Source: Nitrospirales bacterium | GTDB taxonomy: Bacteria; Nitrospirota; Nitrospiria; Nitrospirales; UBA8639 | DNA: 64,000 nucleotides | Assembly: GCA_965203295.1 (NCBI GenBank) | Contig: CBDBCZ010000012.1 | Span: 576,001-640,000 of the forward strand | Reading direction: 5' to 3' | Shown here: in pieces, positions 39,213 to 52,520 of the stretch | How positions within the stretch are numbered: position 1 is the first letter of the stretch | Layout of the letters: every line of letters starts with the position of its first letter | Notes under the pieces: generated by a model | What the model was told of the DNA's origin: nothing | Database searches by the model: none | What the model saw: only the letters and a program-made list of their open reading frames with translations | Position numbers and translations under genes: made by a program

Positions 39213-42200
39213 ATGTCGGACCGTTTGGTACCCTGCCCTTGCCCCTTCTGCTGCGGAAAGAAAGTAAGTAGGTTCGTCCGGCGGCAACATGCGGCCAGGT
39301 TTTCGCTGGTTCAAGCCGACAGCAGTGTGCCGACACCGCGGCCGAGCTCTAGTACGGATACAGACCGGGACTACTCCTTACAACAAGTCGACAATAATCC
39401 AGAGGATCCAATGGATAGCACTGGTGAGGATTGCTTGCAAGAATTAGCCGGCAACCCAGGGGATCAGATCGGTAGCGCTAGCACAGATGATTCGTATGGT
39501 GAGGATATCGATTCGGGCACTGAAAGGGAGGACGCGGGCACTGACGAAGACTCGCGATCGGACACTGAAGAGCACTCGGGCACTGAAAGGGAGGACACCG
39601 TGTCTGACAGCTCCAGTTCTGAAGTCGTGTTTACAGCGCCTGTAGAACAAAGTCAGAACTGGCATTTTGATCCTTCCCTATATGACGAAAGTGACTTGGC
39701 AAGGAAGCCATTGTACGAAGGTTCAAGTGTGACTGTTCTACAAGCTATCTGTGAACACATGAGCTGGTTTACATCTCATCCAGGTATAAGCAAGGAAGCA
39801 CTGTCTGATATTTTACACATGCAACATCACGTCATCCTACCCAAAGATAATTTGCTTCCTGACTCCTATGAGTCAGCCCTCAAGACTATTGAACCTTTCC
39901 TTTTACAACCAGTTGTGTTTCATGCTTGTCAGAACGATTGTATCCTTTTTACCAAGGACTATGCTACACTCAAGGAATGCCCAAAATGCAATGCTCCACG
40001 TTACAAACATGGAACCCTCCCATTCAGGAAATTTGTTTATCTGCCTCTTGGTCCCAGAATTGAGAGAATCTTTGGAACCAAGAATTTATCACAGCTTGTA
40101 CAGTCCCACAGTGGTGCTGACATGCCTGCTAGCGATGTGATGTACGATGTCCAGGACTCTCCAACTTGGAGGAGTGCATATAGTCAACAGGGAATTTTTA
40201 AAGGTGATAAACGAGGGATTAGTCTTGGACTATGTACAGACGGCGTATCACCATTTAGTCATCGCAAAGTCACCTATTCAATGTGGCCACTGATGCTTAC
40301 AAATCTCAATCTCCCACGAAAAGTGAGATGTTTGTTTCAAAATATTATACTCTTGGGAATTATTCCTGCCAATGGTACAAAAGAGCCACACAACATCAGC
40401 CCATACCTAGAGTTAGTTGTGGACGAGCTGCTGTACCTATCCAGTCGAAAACTCTATGACTCTTATCAGCAAGCACCTTTTACAGTGAAGGTTAATATTC
40501 TAATTTATATTTTGGACTATCCTGGAATTGGGAAGGTCATGAGTGTCACAGGATCGGGATCTTACAGTGGCTGTGTGTGGTGCGACATAAGTGGTAAGCT
40601 ATAATTATACCCAATATGTGTATGCAATGCAGTGTACTATCTTTTTTCCATTCTCTGGAAGTGTATATATCAAAGTAAGGCAGGGAAGAAGCCATTGTGT
40701 AAGTGAATTCTTTTTTCTCACCCGGTACATGCAGGCATTTATAATAAGCAAATGCACAAGATGATTTACTTAGAGAATCGGAGATATCTCCCTGCTACAT
40801 CATCTTTGCGGCAAGATGCAGTGAACTACCCCTCCAAAGCTATTGAGAAGAGACCACCACCCAAATTGAAGAGTTATGAAGAAATGAAAGCATTCCATTG
40901 CTCATATGAGAATGCTAAGAACACGTATGTTACCCTTCCTGTACTGCAATCATATGCATGTGCATAATTATAGTGTGTGCTGGTATAGTATGCATGGTCG
41001 CTTTGTTACATTACAGCACTCAAGCAAATACTATAGCAAGTGCTACTGGCTGCAAGAATTCGTACTCTCTCATGAAGCTTCCAGCACATGATCGAGTGAA
41101 GCAGACTGTAGCAGATGCTATGCACACTGTAAAGGACAGTGTAGAACACGTGTTCAATTTAATAATTGGGAAAGAATATTCAGAAAATGTAAGGCTGGCA
41201 GAAGTAGAACTGAAGAGAGGACTTGAAGCTTCTACTCCTATCCTGGGAAAGAGAAGCAGAAAACGTCCATGTGGAAGTACTCTTTACTGTCTAAGCTCTG
41301 AGCAGCTGGTGTGTGCAGATGAACGAGCCAAGAACATTGTCACTCCAACCCACGTTGACTTCATTCCAGGATCTGTCTTCACTAGATCCTCTCATTTCAA
41401 GTCACATGACTGGAAACAGGTACACCCATATGTACTGTGTACATCCATCTGCTACATATAAGTCATGTACAAAAACCACTGTAACATGCATGCACATCTA
41501 CACCCTTTAGCTCGTCTCCCAGCAGATTTTGAAATACTGCTTGCGTGGCTTTTTAGGAGACAAGCAAAGGCACTCCCTCTTTGCTTTCTTAGATGCAACT
41601 ACTAGATTACTTCAGCCGTGTCACCATCAAGCTGATGTAGTGGCACTACAAGAGGAGATGAATTTAGCTTTGGCTCTTTTGGAAAGGGATTTTCCTGCCA
41701 GTATTCAGGTAATTTTGCCTCCTGCTACTACCTGTACTAGTGCATGTTATGATATAAGGTACGTATACTTTTACGTATTGCTATTATTCCATCAGGTTAT
41801 CACAATGCACCTCATGCACCATATTGCAGAGGGTATAGAAAAGTTTGGACCCGTATATGGAACTTGGATGTATCCATTTGAAAGATGTAACTCTTGGATG
41901 TGCCAAAGGGCACTTAATAGAGCCCATCCAGAGATCACTATCATGGAGACTTACAGAGTGAGTTGCCCATTAAGGTGCCTATTAAGTTTGTGTCTTCTGA
42001 ATATCATGGAGACTTACAGAGTAAGTTGCCCATTAAGGTGCCATTAAGTTTGTGTCTTTTGAATATTGTTACTATATAATTATGTAACAGCACTAAAAAA
42101 CAGGTGTCCAAAGCAGATGTCTAATCAAAAAGCTGCAGCACTCAGCCTGTGTTGTTTGTTAGCCTCGTTCCCAGGCCCAGTGATTTTTTCGGTTACACAA

Positions 42201-43928
42201 AGGAAAGTCACCTGTGACAACTTTCGTGTCACCGAAAAAGTCGTGGGCCTGGGAATGAGACTATTTTTTGCAAGAAGCTAGGTTAATTGTGTGGTAAAAC
42301 AACACAGCAAGCATTCTCGATTTAACACACCAACTGCTATTAACACTGTGTGCTATAGCCTCGTTCCCAGGCTCCACTCCCCAGCTTTTTATCGCACCGC
42401 CTCCCCGCTTTTATACACGGTGCGATAAAAAGCTGGGGAGTGGAGCCTGGGAACGAGGCTAGTGTGCTATACATCCCCACACAAAACACATACATGTATA
42501 CTACACTATGTACATGTAGCTTACCTGTATTGAACATCTGTTACCACAAGATTGCTTGTACAGCTTCTATTGCAGTGGTACATTGCCATATTTGGCAATC
42601 CTACTGCTAGGCTACATGTACCTAAAGCATAATGTGGAGTTGTGAAATTTTGACTAGTACTTCCTGTACCCTATAGTAAGGGATGTTATATTTGGGAAGG
42701 ACATAGAGCTGTTTATGAGTGGGCGTCCACTTTTTAGTGTATGAGGTAACCAAATCATACTTCATAAACTGTTAGTTTGTAGACCATGATGTATATACCT
42801 ATACTCTTAGTATATGTTACTATAGTAACAGCACGTATTCTAAAGTATAGCAGAATTCCATAAAGCATAGGATGTGCAGGTTACCACTATGTACGTACTA
42901 AATGGCTCAGAGCATGTGCACCTAATACTATAGTTAAAGCATCACATAAATTCACCGAACTTCCAAAATCATTGCTGGAGTGTAGTACCTGCGCATAAGC
43001 TGCACTTGCTAGTTGTGCACTTTCGTGGATTCTGTTTACAGTTAATTGCAAATAGTTCTCAATTACCTATGTCCTGTTTTATATTTTGTACTTCCTGAAA
43101 ATAGAGAACAGTGTGCACATTATGGAAAATAAAGTATGCTGGCTTCATACACTAAATGTTCTAATTAGACCTCGGCTCCATTTAGAACATGCATAGCTGC
43201 ATCTCTCCTCCACATGCTTACGCATTGTTCTCCTAAATGCTGTACAGGTTTATGAGTGGTGCCAATACATGGCGTTATCAGGACGTATGCCTGAGTCTAA
43301 GAATTCAATAAATGGTCAATCGTCTGTGTACCTGAACACAGGTGCTGTTTCTTCTGATTTTTTGACAATTATGGAGCAGCACTACATGCACCTACTTCCT
43401 AATTACAATTGCTGCATCATGGAGTACGAAAGAGCGAAGCGTAGAGCTGGAGCTATGCGAAAGAAATCTGTTTTTCCGGAAAGGGCTCAGTGGAGACCAT
43501 CAGGACGGGATCTCTCTGCTGTTGAAAAGACACTTATTAATGGTCCCCAAAACTCTGTAATGTATCAAAGGAGAGTAACTGTCATCGATGATTGCACGGG
43601 AAGATCTGTGGACTACACTGCAGCAGAATGTGAAAGATCTACCAAATGCTGCTCTTCTTATGTGGCTGTTAAGGATACGGATACTTCTCCCAGATTTGGC
43701 CGAATCGCCAAGTTATTCGAACATTCTTTTGCAGGTGTAAGAACCCAGTGGGCCATCATGGATGAATACCTGCATCCAGTTCAGGACAGTGATTCCAGCT
43801 TGTGGAGAGTAACAGTGTCTTCCCAGCTACCCAAACGATGTGTCTATCTGTTGGAGAGACTTTCTTTTCCCTTGGTCATTGCCAAAGACCCTGCAACCGG
43901 GGAACTATGGTTTCTAACACAGCACTAA
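39213..43928 (+). CDS. CACTA/EnSpm Tnp2-family transposase, 6 exons, ~1004 aa, apparently intact
   Basis: Exons 39213-40593, 40735-40924, 41017-41419, 41511-41708, 41796-41957, 43248-43928. Motifs: CQNDC..CPKC, DVQDSPTW, LCTDGVSPF, SMWP...NLP, DYPG, DAMH, FGPVYGTWMYPFER. Confidence 0.88.
42160..42263. mobile_element. MITE, TAGCCTCGTTCCCAGGC family
   Basis: TAGCCTCGTTCCCAGGCCCA...TGGGCCTGGGAATGAGACTA. Confidence 0.8.
42356..42461. mobile_element. MITE, TAGCCTCGTTCCCAGGC family, long hairpin
   Basis: ~44-bp perfect inverted arms bounded by TA. Confidence 0.85.
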
Positions 43929-44039
43929 GTACGGTTTCAGGTAAGATTAATATCATACATGTACTTGGCAGTGTATATATATCACTTTCTCACCCCTATC
44001 CTACTCTGATATAACCGCCAGGTATAGTGGGGTAGAAGC

Positions 44040-46010
44040 CACTGAGGTGCCCACGCAGGACGCCCATCCTCCTGAGTGCCATGCCCACCTGTAGCTTGCA
44101 GTAGCCCTGCCACCAGTAGCTGGGAGAGCTTCACCCGGTCAGCCCCACTCACAGGGAGAGCAGAAGGTGGGGAGGGGAGGGGAGGGGAGGGGAGGGGAAG
44201 GGAGGGGAGGGGGGGGGGGGCTTACCTCATACCATTTCCCTAATCCTTGATGTCAGTCATGTCCTTTCCTTCCCCCTATGGACAGGAGGAGCAAGGAGGA
44301 GAGAAGCAGCCAGTGTGTTGCTCCAGTAGCCTCCCACTGCCTCCATCGGAGCTGAGCTACCAGCTGAACAGCCCAAGGGAAAGACAGATCAGTTCAAGGG
44401 TTTCTTGAGGGCAGTGAGCGAGGACAGGAGGAAGCTGACCGTGATGGTGGGTGGTGTTGGGAGGGAGGGAGGATGGGAGGGTGTAGCAGCATGCAGTAGC
44501 ACTTACTTGATATTGCCTGTTTCACAGCCTATCCAGCAGTCTGTACCACAGCCCATTCCAGAGTCCCACCCTGCCCCGGACTGGACCAGCTCAACCCAAG
44601 CACGGCAGGTAGCCGAGCTGTCTGGTGAGCAGGTTGCAGACCCCAAGAACAGCCTCAGTGAGGTTGCGCGAGAGGAGGATTGCAGATGCTGTTGAGAGCA
44701 TGCAGGAGAGAAGAAAGATATTTCACGAGCCAGTGGGACAGGTGGGTCACATGACTGTCATGTGTTCGTCACATTCTTTACTGACTTAGCCTGTTTATTA
44801 AAACTAAATCTAACTATGTGAAGCCATACTAAAACCACTAGAACACACACATACCCACACACGTACACCCACACATACCCACACACCTTAACCCACAGAA
44901 AAGTAATGCAAGAGGCTGAAGTTTCGCAAGGAGCACAACGAACACAAAGCCCTTCTAAAGTTGACCCACTGCGCATGCAAGGCCCAGGGAGAGCCACACC
45001 CACCCCCCAATGCCACACACGTGAGGGCACAGGCTCACACTAGCCTCATTCCCAGGCCTTCACCCCAGCTTTCGTCCCTTACACAGTGCGAACCGAAAAG
45101 TGTGGAGTGTAGCCTGGGAACGAGGCTAGGTTCACACTAACACCACCTAATGTAAACAGAACAGAGAGATTGTTCTTCCCTCCCTCCCTCACACAGTTCT
45201 CCCCTCCTACCCACACCACTGAGGCGCCCACGCAGGACGTCCATCCTCCTCAGTGCCACACCCACCTGTAGCTGACCCACTGCAACTCTTGCAGTAGCCC
45301 TGCCACCAGTAGCTGGGAGAGCTTCACCCAGCCAGCCCCACTCACAGGGAGGGCAGAAGGTGGGGAGGGGAGGGGAGGGAGGGGAGGGGAAGGGAGGGGA
45401 GGGGCCTTACCTCATACCATTCCCCTAATCCTTGATGTCAGTCATGTCCTTTCCTTCCCCCTATGGACAGGAGGAGCAAGGAGGAGAGAGAAGCAGCCAG
45501 TGTGTTGCTCCAGTAGCCTCCCACTGCCTCCATCGGAGCTGAGCTACCAGCTGAACAGCCCAAGGGAAAGACAGATCAGTTCAAGGGTTTCTTGAGGGCA
45601 GTGAGTGAGGAAAGGAGGAAGCTGACCGTGATGGTGGGTGGTGTTGGGAGGGAGGGAGGATGGGAGGGTGTAGCAGCATGCAGTAGCACTTACTTGATAT
45701 TGCCTGTTTCACAGCCCATCCAGCAGTCTGTACCACAGCCCATTCCAGAGTCCCACCCTGCCCCGGACTGGACCAGCTCAACCCAAGCACGGCAGGTAGC
45801 CGAGCTGTCTGGTGAGCAGGTTGCAGACCCCAAGAACAGCCTCAGTGAGGTTGCGCGAGAGGAGGATTGCAGATGCTGTTGAGAGCATGCAGGAGAGAAG
45901 AAAGATATTTCACGAGCCAGTGGAGCCAACAGGACCTGTGGGGAAAAGGGGAGTGGCCGTGGGACAGGTGGGTGACATGGCTGTCATGTGGTTGTCACAT
46001 TCGTTGCTGA
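44040..46010 (+). repeat. Direct duplication of a ~750-bp exon/intron-like block (44040-44785 and 45217-46010)
   Basis: Near-identical ORFs 44405-44695 and 45592-45882 with shared flanks. Confidence 0.9.
45041..45128. mobile_element. MITE, TAGCCTCGTTCCCAGGC family
   Basis: TAGCCTCATTCCCAGGC...GCCTGGGAACGAGGCTA. Confidence 0.8.
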
Positions 46011-48054
46011 CTACTTTTTGCATGTTATATCTGCATATGCACACATGTCCGACACAGCCTCAAACCAGTGGTACAGGTCAAGCAAGTCATCTAACAGGTG
46101 ACCAGCGATCTGGACTGGGCTCCCTCAGGGAAGTCTCCAGGGACAGCCCCGCCCTCTTCAGCCAGCGATGTCCCCGAGGCCAGGCCTCCCTCTCTTCAAT
46201 TGACTCGCTGTACCATGGTATTCACCTCAAACAGGAACACCACCTTAGATCAATACATCCCAGTGCCAGTGAGTTCAGTGCTGTAGATACTATCTAACAT
46301 AAACTTATATTTTTGGGTGGTGAACAGATCTGGTCACAGTCTTGTCTTGTGCCCATGGCAGATCTGTTCTCCACCCAAGGACGTCTTGTGGCGAGATCTG
46401 TTCACCACCCAAAGGCTATTATGTACATGTACAGCATATAGTATGCATTAGCAGGTTTGTTAGCTTGGCATATGCTATGGATGTTCCTTGCAGTTAAACA
46501 GTCTTGTAAACTGTGGTATATTTATTCATTTTAGGGTCAGATGTACGATGTTGAGCTGTTACATGTACAACCAAGTTTTATTCATGTTTGTGTGCTGATT
46601 GAAGTGCATGATTGTCCTTGTGTACATGGATGAATTCATGTTGTGGTAAACGGAGATGGGTATTATGTAGCTAGCCGTGTTCCCAGTTGAACCGTGCCTC
46701 ATTCCAAGACTCCATGCACACTATTATACAAACCTTGACAGAAGAGGGTTGTCTTACAAGGGAACGAGAACAGTGTGAAGAGTTTCTGACATCCCTGCAG
46801 CATTGATATACGGAGAGTATGTACTGCCATGTCTTTCTTGGTCGCCGTACCCTCTGTGAGTGGGGCGGGGCTAGCTACCCAACCCAACTGATTATCATAC
46901 ATCACCCCTTTGCACACGCAACGGTTGGAGTTACATTGCTACTGAGTGGGGCTCATGATGTGACACTGACAGGCACTGATGCTAGATTGCAAGGATGAGT
47001 GATCATGAGGGAGGCAGTATGTGTTGCAATAATGCTACAACTTTCATGGTACAGATCTAGAGTATGTACTTCCACTTTCATGGGTAGTTCCACGATCTAT
47101 TGATCATTTCATGGCGTTCAAACTTTTCATGCCACTGGTGTTTACCATTTCATGGGCTACTTCATGGGTTAATGTTTCCTTTCCCCAAAAAATCGGGTTT
47201 TCATGGGATAATCATGGGAATAAATACCCTTTTCTTTTTCCATTAAATTCCTATGACGCTATCTTCATGGCGTACTTCATGGATAAACAAGGCTTTTCAT
47301 GACTATTTCAAGCTTTATCATGGTAAGTAGCAGGGCTAGTGACAGTGTGTATTCATGCAGGCTTATTAGTACTCACTTGGAATGTAATTTCAGCCCATGA
47401 CTGTACTTAGATTCTGCTATGCAGGAGCTACTGTTGGGTGGGGCTCGTACAAAAGTATGTCTGGGTACTAACGAGGCTGGAATTACAGGCATAGCCTAAC
47501 TCTCAATACATATCCACCCCCTTCTCAGTGCCGCCTACAAGAAGGACAGTTATGCCATTAAGCATTAATTAGGCCACCATTGCAGTTGACATGTGAAAAA
47601 GATGTAGGGATGAGGCTGTGTATGTTGCGTTCATGCTATCACTACCCTTGTTTTCTTGCTTTTTGGCACTCCATCCCTACATCTTTTTAATTTTTTTTGA
47701 ATTTTTTTTATTTTCTTGTTTCTGTAGTTTTTATACTTTTGTCATAATCTCAATAAATAATTGTTAATGATTGATAATATAACACGAGTACAATGATATA
47801 TAAACATAATATACTGCATAAATACTGATGATGTATATGTGTACTAATAGTAATGGTTATTAACGACGTTGCATCTGGCGATCTGCATAAAGAACACAAT
47901 AATGTAATAATAACGTTGAACGATAGTGACTTCAAGACTGCAAACTTACATTTGGGCGATAATCGCGCGGGCCGCCACGGCCATGGCCGCGGCCACGCGC
48001 ACGACCACGACGGCCGTGGCCGAGCCCGGCGAAGAACCTCTCCAAATAGAAGGG

Positions 48055-48175
48055 GTCGGCCGGGACCGGGGCAGGGGCAGGGGCCGCAGGGGCAGGGGCA
48101 GGGGCCGCAGGGACTGGGGCAGGGGCCGCAGGGACCGGGGCAGGGGCAGGGGCTGCAGGGGCCGGGGCGGGGGCC
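48055..48175 (+). repeat. GC-rich ~21-bp tandem repeat (GGGGCAGGGGCCGCAGGGACC-like)
   Basis: Directly visible. Confidence 0.75.
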
Positions 48176-51030
48176 TCGTCTTCAGAGAACCCCCCCTCTA
48201 AGATATCCAAGTCAATTGACATTTCTGTTGAGAAAAGAACAATACTGTACATGAAAATTAGATTGATTCTGTGCTCCTGAAATGCTGCAACGACGACTAC
48301 TTCAGCATTCTTCATGCTTAGCTCTGAAATATGAAGAGAGCACGAGATTGAGTATACTCTTATATAATGAGCTCGAGTAAGTCATAGTTTACTTGCTGAA
48401 CCCTCATGCATATCTGCATTGCCATCAAATCCCTCTTGCGCCAAATTGTCGTCTACAATAAAGCAATGGCAAAGAGAGCCTTCAATATACGTATGGGTAT
48501 TTGCAAGTTCAGCCACGAACCAGAAATTAAGTGAATTGGAAAGGCTTAAACACAAGAATGTTAATTCAAGATCCTGTATACCACACCAGGTTGATAACCC
48601 GGCCTCCCCCTTCGGGCAAAGTCCAGGGAGTCTGGGTCCTCAGCCTTCTTGTTGGGCTCCTCCATAACAGCTGCGCTCGTGAATGTGCATATCATGCTGT
48701 TTAAGACAGTATGATGCACATACGTACCACACAAACACCACACACCGAATAATTATCAACTAGCACAAATTGATGTAATGCTACAACACGTACATTCATA
48801 TATTGCTGAATGGATATACCTGCCACACCACTGTCCTAGGACTGGCTTCTGGCTAGCTAGCTCAGTGTATACCAACCTGGGAATGGCACCAAAGACGATC
48901 TTCCTGGGAAAGCCCGCCATTGTCGAGTGAAGGGGCTGATAAGACGAGTTGCTGCAGATCCCTGTAGATTTGGTGATTAGTGCATTTAACTGATTGTTGA
49001 CATCACTGAGGTTAACAAAACTGATGATTTTAGATATATACCTATCAAACGCTACTCTTTAAAAAAAAAACACAATTCTGCCACTCCAGCAAGAAAGCAA
49101 CCTCCTGAAGTACAACAGTGAGTTCAGTTGGCCTAAACGAAATTTTTTATTTCCTTAATTTCTTACTCTGCATGTAATTTTCTTTTGTACTGTGGTCTTG
49201 TACGTGTTTGCAGGGTAAGCTCTGTAGCCTTTCAGCCATGTTGTAAGTGAGTAAAACACACACAGTGAACCAAGACTCCAACCCGGATGTAGTAGTAGCA
49301 CAGTACTGCGCATTGTATTGCCATCATATTAGCACTAGTTTAGAAATACTGTGCTTGCCTTCCTCATGGTTCACCATCTGCTGCATTGTGGCCTTGACAC
49401 CTTGTGCTTCACTGGCTCCATTCACTGAAGCTTCCCATATTCCATTGGACTTCTCACAGTAGAATAGTATGTCATTCTACAACTGATTCTATGCCATTCT
49501 ACTGCATTCTGCTGCTGATTCTACAACCATTCTACTGCAATCTACTACATTCTGTGTTTTTCCCCGTAGATCAAAGGCATTAGTGTTTTGGACAAAAGTG
49601 TTGTCAGTGTTGGTGTGGAGGGTGCCCCTTAAGTGACTGTGACAGCAGACAAATGGGTATTTTGTTACTGCTGTCCTCTCATTACAGATCCACGTGCACC
49701 AAATATAATCAGGAGTGGGAGAGGGGGGTATTACTACTTGGACAATCTCTCTACTGCTTCATCAAAGCTGATGTGTTCGAATTCCATCATTGTTCTGATC
49801 ATTGCCTGAATGTCCACAAGAGAGGATAGAAAGAGGGTAACAATTTTTTCCATTGTAGTCAGTACGGTGCTTACCTCTGGTAGTAAGACATCCTGTGCAT
49901 ACGTAAACCGAAGTAAGAAGAAGGCAACGTGTCACTGTGAGTGGCTGCGTTGAAGTGCTTGGCTAGTCACTGATCTTGCACTAGCAGATGCAGTCCATAC
50001 TCGAGTCTTGATTACGGGTAGAAAACCCACACGCCCTTTGCACGTAACGTGTCCGGGTCGCCCAACACAGTCAGCCGTCAGATGATTTTGTTACTCCACG
50101 ATTTCAATGGTACATAGTTTCAGTAACGCAGATAGTGAAGGCAAGGGTGTAGGATGAGGTTTGGTCTACAAAAAATAAACAAAAAAACAATGTGTGTTGC
50201 CTGTGGAATGTACATATGCTGGCAATATAATCAAATCCTGAGTGCAATGCAGGCATCATAATTATATTAAGACTTGCCATCCGTCTTCTTTCAAGTAGTA
50301 TTTTCACATCCTTTTCCCCTTCTTTGCTGCCTGTGGAATGTACATAATTATGCTGGCAATATAATCATCCTTCATCCTATATTTGTGTTCATTAGGGAGC
50401 TATGAATGTAATTACCTTATTTGGTGGTCGCCCTTTGGGTGGCTTGGTGTTTCTATCTGCATTTCTTTCGCATTTCAGTCAAAACTTTTTTCTACCCTTT
50501 TCGAGATATCTGTGCTTGTAGTATAGGTTATGTGGAGATAATGACACTCAAATTATTAGAGATGATTCATGAAAAGGTCAGGTACTCTCAAAGAAGTAAC
50601 GACACAAAGCAATGAGTTTACCAGTGTTTGCTGTAATTATTTCATTTAGTTTCTCAGTTTTGCACCACACTACAGTGAATGGCATTTGCCTTCCTAGTTG
50701 CAATTTACATTTTAGCTTCACAGCTATTAAATAGTTCTTATAAAAACTACACAAGGGAGTTGATATGGTCACTCGAACCTAGGTCGTATTCGCTGTGGAG
50801 GGGCGACCGACTGTGAGGGTGGTCTAGGCGGTGGTTGTCTTACTGATGTCACTTGAGTCTTCCTGTTCCTTAGTACCAGACACTATGGAGGAGTGAGCAC
50901 TATGTGAATCAGCAGTTAAATGTTCTGAAATTAACTAACTTACTGTAATGTTCCAAATATTCCAGTGGGATTATTTCTTCGCCAAGTATCACAGTGTTTA
51001 CGAAACCTCGACTGACTGTGAGGGTGGTCT

Positions 51031-52520
51031 AGGTGGTGGTTGTAGCAGGATGGACATGCTACTTATCTGGATACCTCCACCCACCTGCAACAGCAACTGG
51101 CACATACCAAGTGGTTACAATTAAGCCAACTCAACTGGCTGGTCCAAGATTCGACAACATTTTGGGAGTCGATGAAATGGGGTTGGTCGCTCATTAGCTT
51201 ATTAATTTGCTGAATTTCTGCTATAGGGCTACACCCAGCAGGCCGTCCACGATTCTTCCTCGCATAGTTCTTCCTCCCCCTTCTAGCTGCTGCCACCAGA
51301 TGCTCACACACCGAAAAGAGGCAGGACGTTTTACAGGTATACGAACTACGAACTCAACATATCTCCCCCTCCCCATGCTTAAACTCTAGCTACATACACA
51401 ACATGCTTCCTCCTGGTGTTCTTTCCAATAGAAAACCTCAGTCATGTGCTCATAAGGAACACCCTCGCAAGCAAGCAGTACATATATGTTTCTGGGTCTT
51501 CCTTATCAAATACCTCTCCTTCTGGAAGACACAGGAGTCCAATCATCGGTGCCACATCCTTTGTAGGATTGGTAATCATCTCCTCTGTGAGGCACCGAAC
51601 AAACACATCATCAACCGGCCTCACAAGGCAAGCACCAACTCCCTAGAACTCTGCAACACGTTGAGGCTTTACCGTATCTGCAGCTGTTGCTACTTTTGTT
51701 TATACTCCCCTTGTCTTGAAATAATTCCAAATGTATTCTTCTCGATGTTCTCACTAAATCCTCCAGAAATGTGCATTGTGCAGTTGGGAATTTCACACAT
51801 TCTTATGTGCATTCATTACTGGCAGTATCAGTGAGCAGAGGACGTACCAGTATATGCATTAGTACCAGTATGGGCCGTTATTGTATTGCAGTATAGCGCC
51901 AAATTTCAAGGCGCATAATTTTCGTGGTTTGGTCATACTGAACATTTTGCGGACCAAGGATGTTTCTTTTCCCCACCCATTTATTGTTCGCCACACCCCT
52001 AGACCAGACTTCACGTTTAGCACATGTTAAACAAAGCTGCACTGCTGCACGCTTCCCTATCTGGCAACGCCAGCGCAATGCCTCTGCAACGCTTGCACAA
52101 TGCCTGTGCAACGCTTGCGCAGCGCTTCACAAACACCTTTCCTGGTGAGGCTCTCGTGAAGCAAAAGTGTTGGATGCCCCATAGGGCACTCTGGCAGAAT
52201 GGAGAGTGAAGTGGTCAGCCCAGTCATAGGTCGGGACTATGACAGTTCCATCTTGCGTTCCAACAAACTGTACAGCATTCACCTCTGTGGACTGTTCTAG
52301 CACAACACAGCTCTTTGCTTTTCCTCCTTTGGCGGCTTTAACTCTTAGTTTCTCGCTTACTTTGTCATACAGGCAGCTGATTCTGGTGTGCCGATGCCGT
52401 CTCTTGAAGAGGCCAAGGCACCAATCTGGTGAGAACTTCGTATGGCCCACTGTGAGGAAGCTGAGTGTAATAGTTTCCTGTAGTCCCACCATGGCCATCT
52501 ACCTCCAGGTACTGCATCAT
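51031..52520. repeat. ~1.5-kb block duplicated at ~55295-56975, containing ParB-like and Sola-like fragments
   Basis: Paired near-identical ORFs (51403/55876, 51442/55915, 52127/56351). Confidence 0.9.

Larger units (their letters stand above)
34642..47341. mobile_element. CACTA/EnSpm transposon, ~12.7 kb, two divergent genes
   Basis: CACTA at 34642 and TAGTG ending 47341 with ACA on both sides (right end could alternatively be AGCAGGG at 47335); CATGAAA-type subterminal motifs on the left (34660-35050) inverted to TTTCATG on the right (47040-47325); Tnp2 transposase inside. Confidence 0.7.

Noticed and set aside
47853..48315. Gly/Gln/Pro-rich or collagen-like ORFs
   Set aside because: Derived from a short GC-rich tandem repeat; no sustained Gly-X-Y pattern or gene structure
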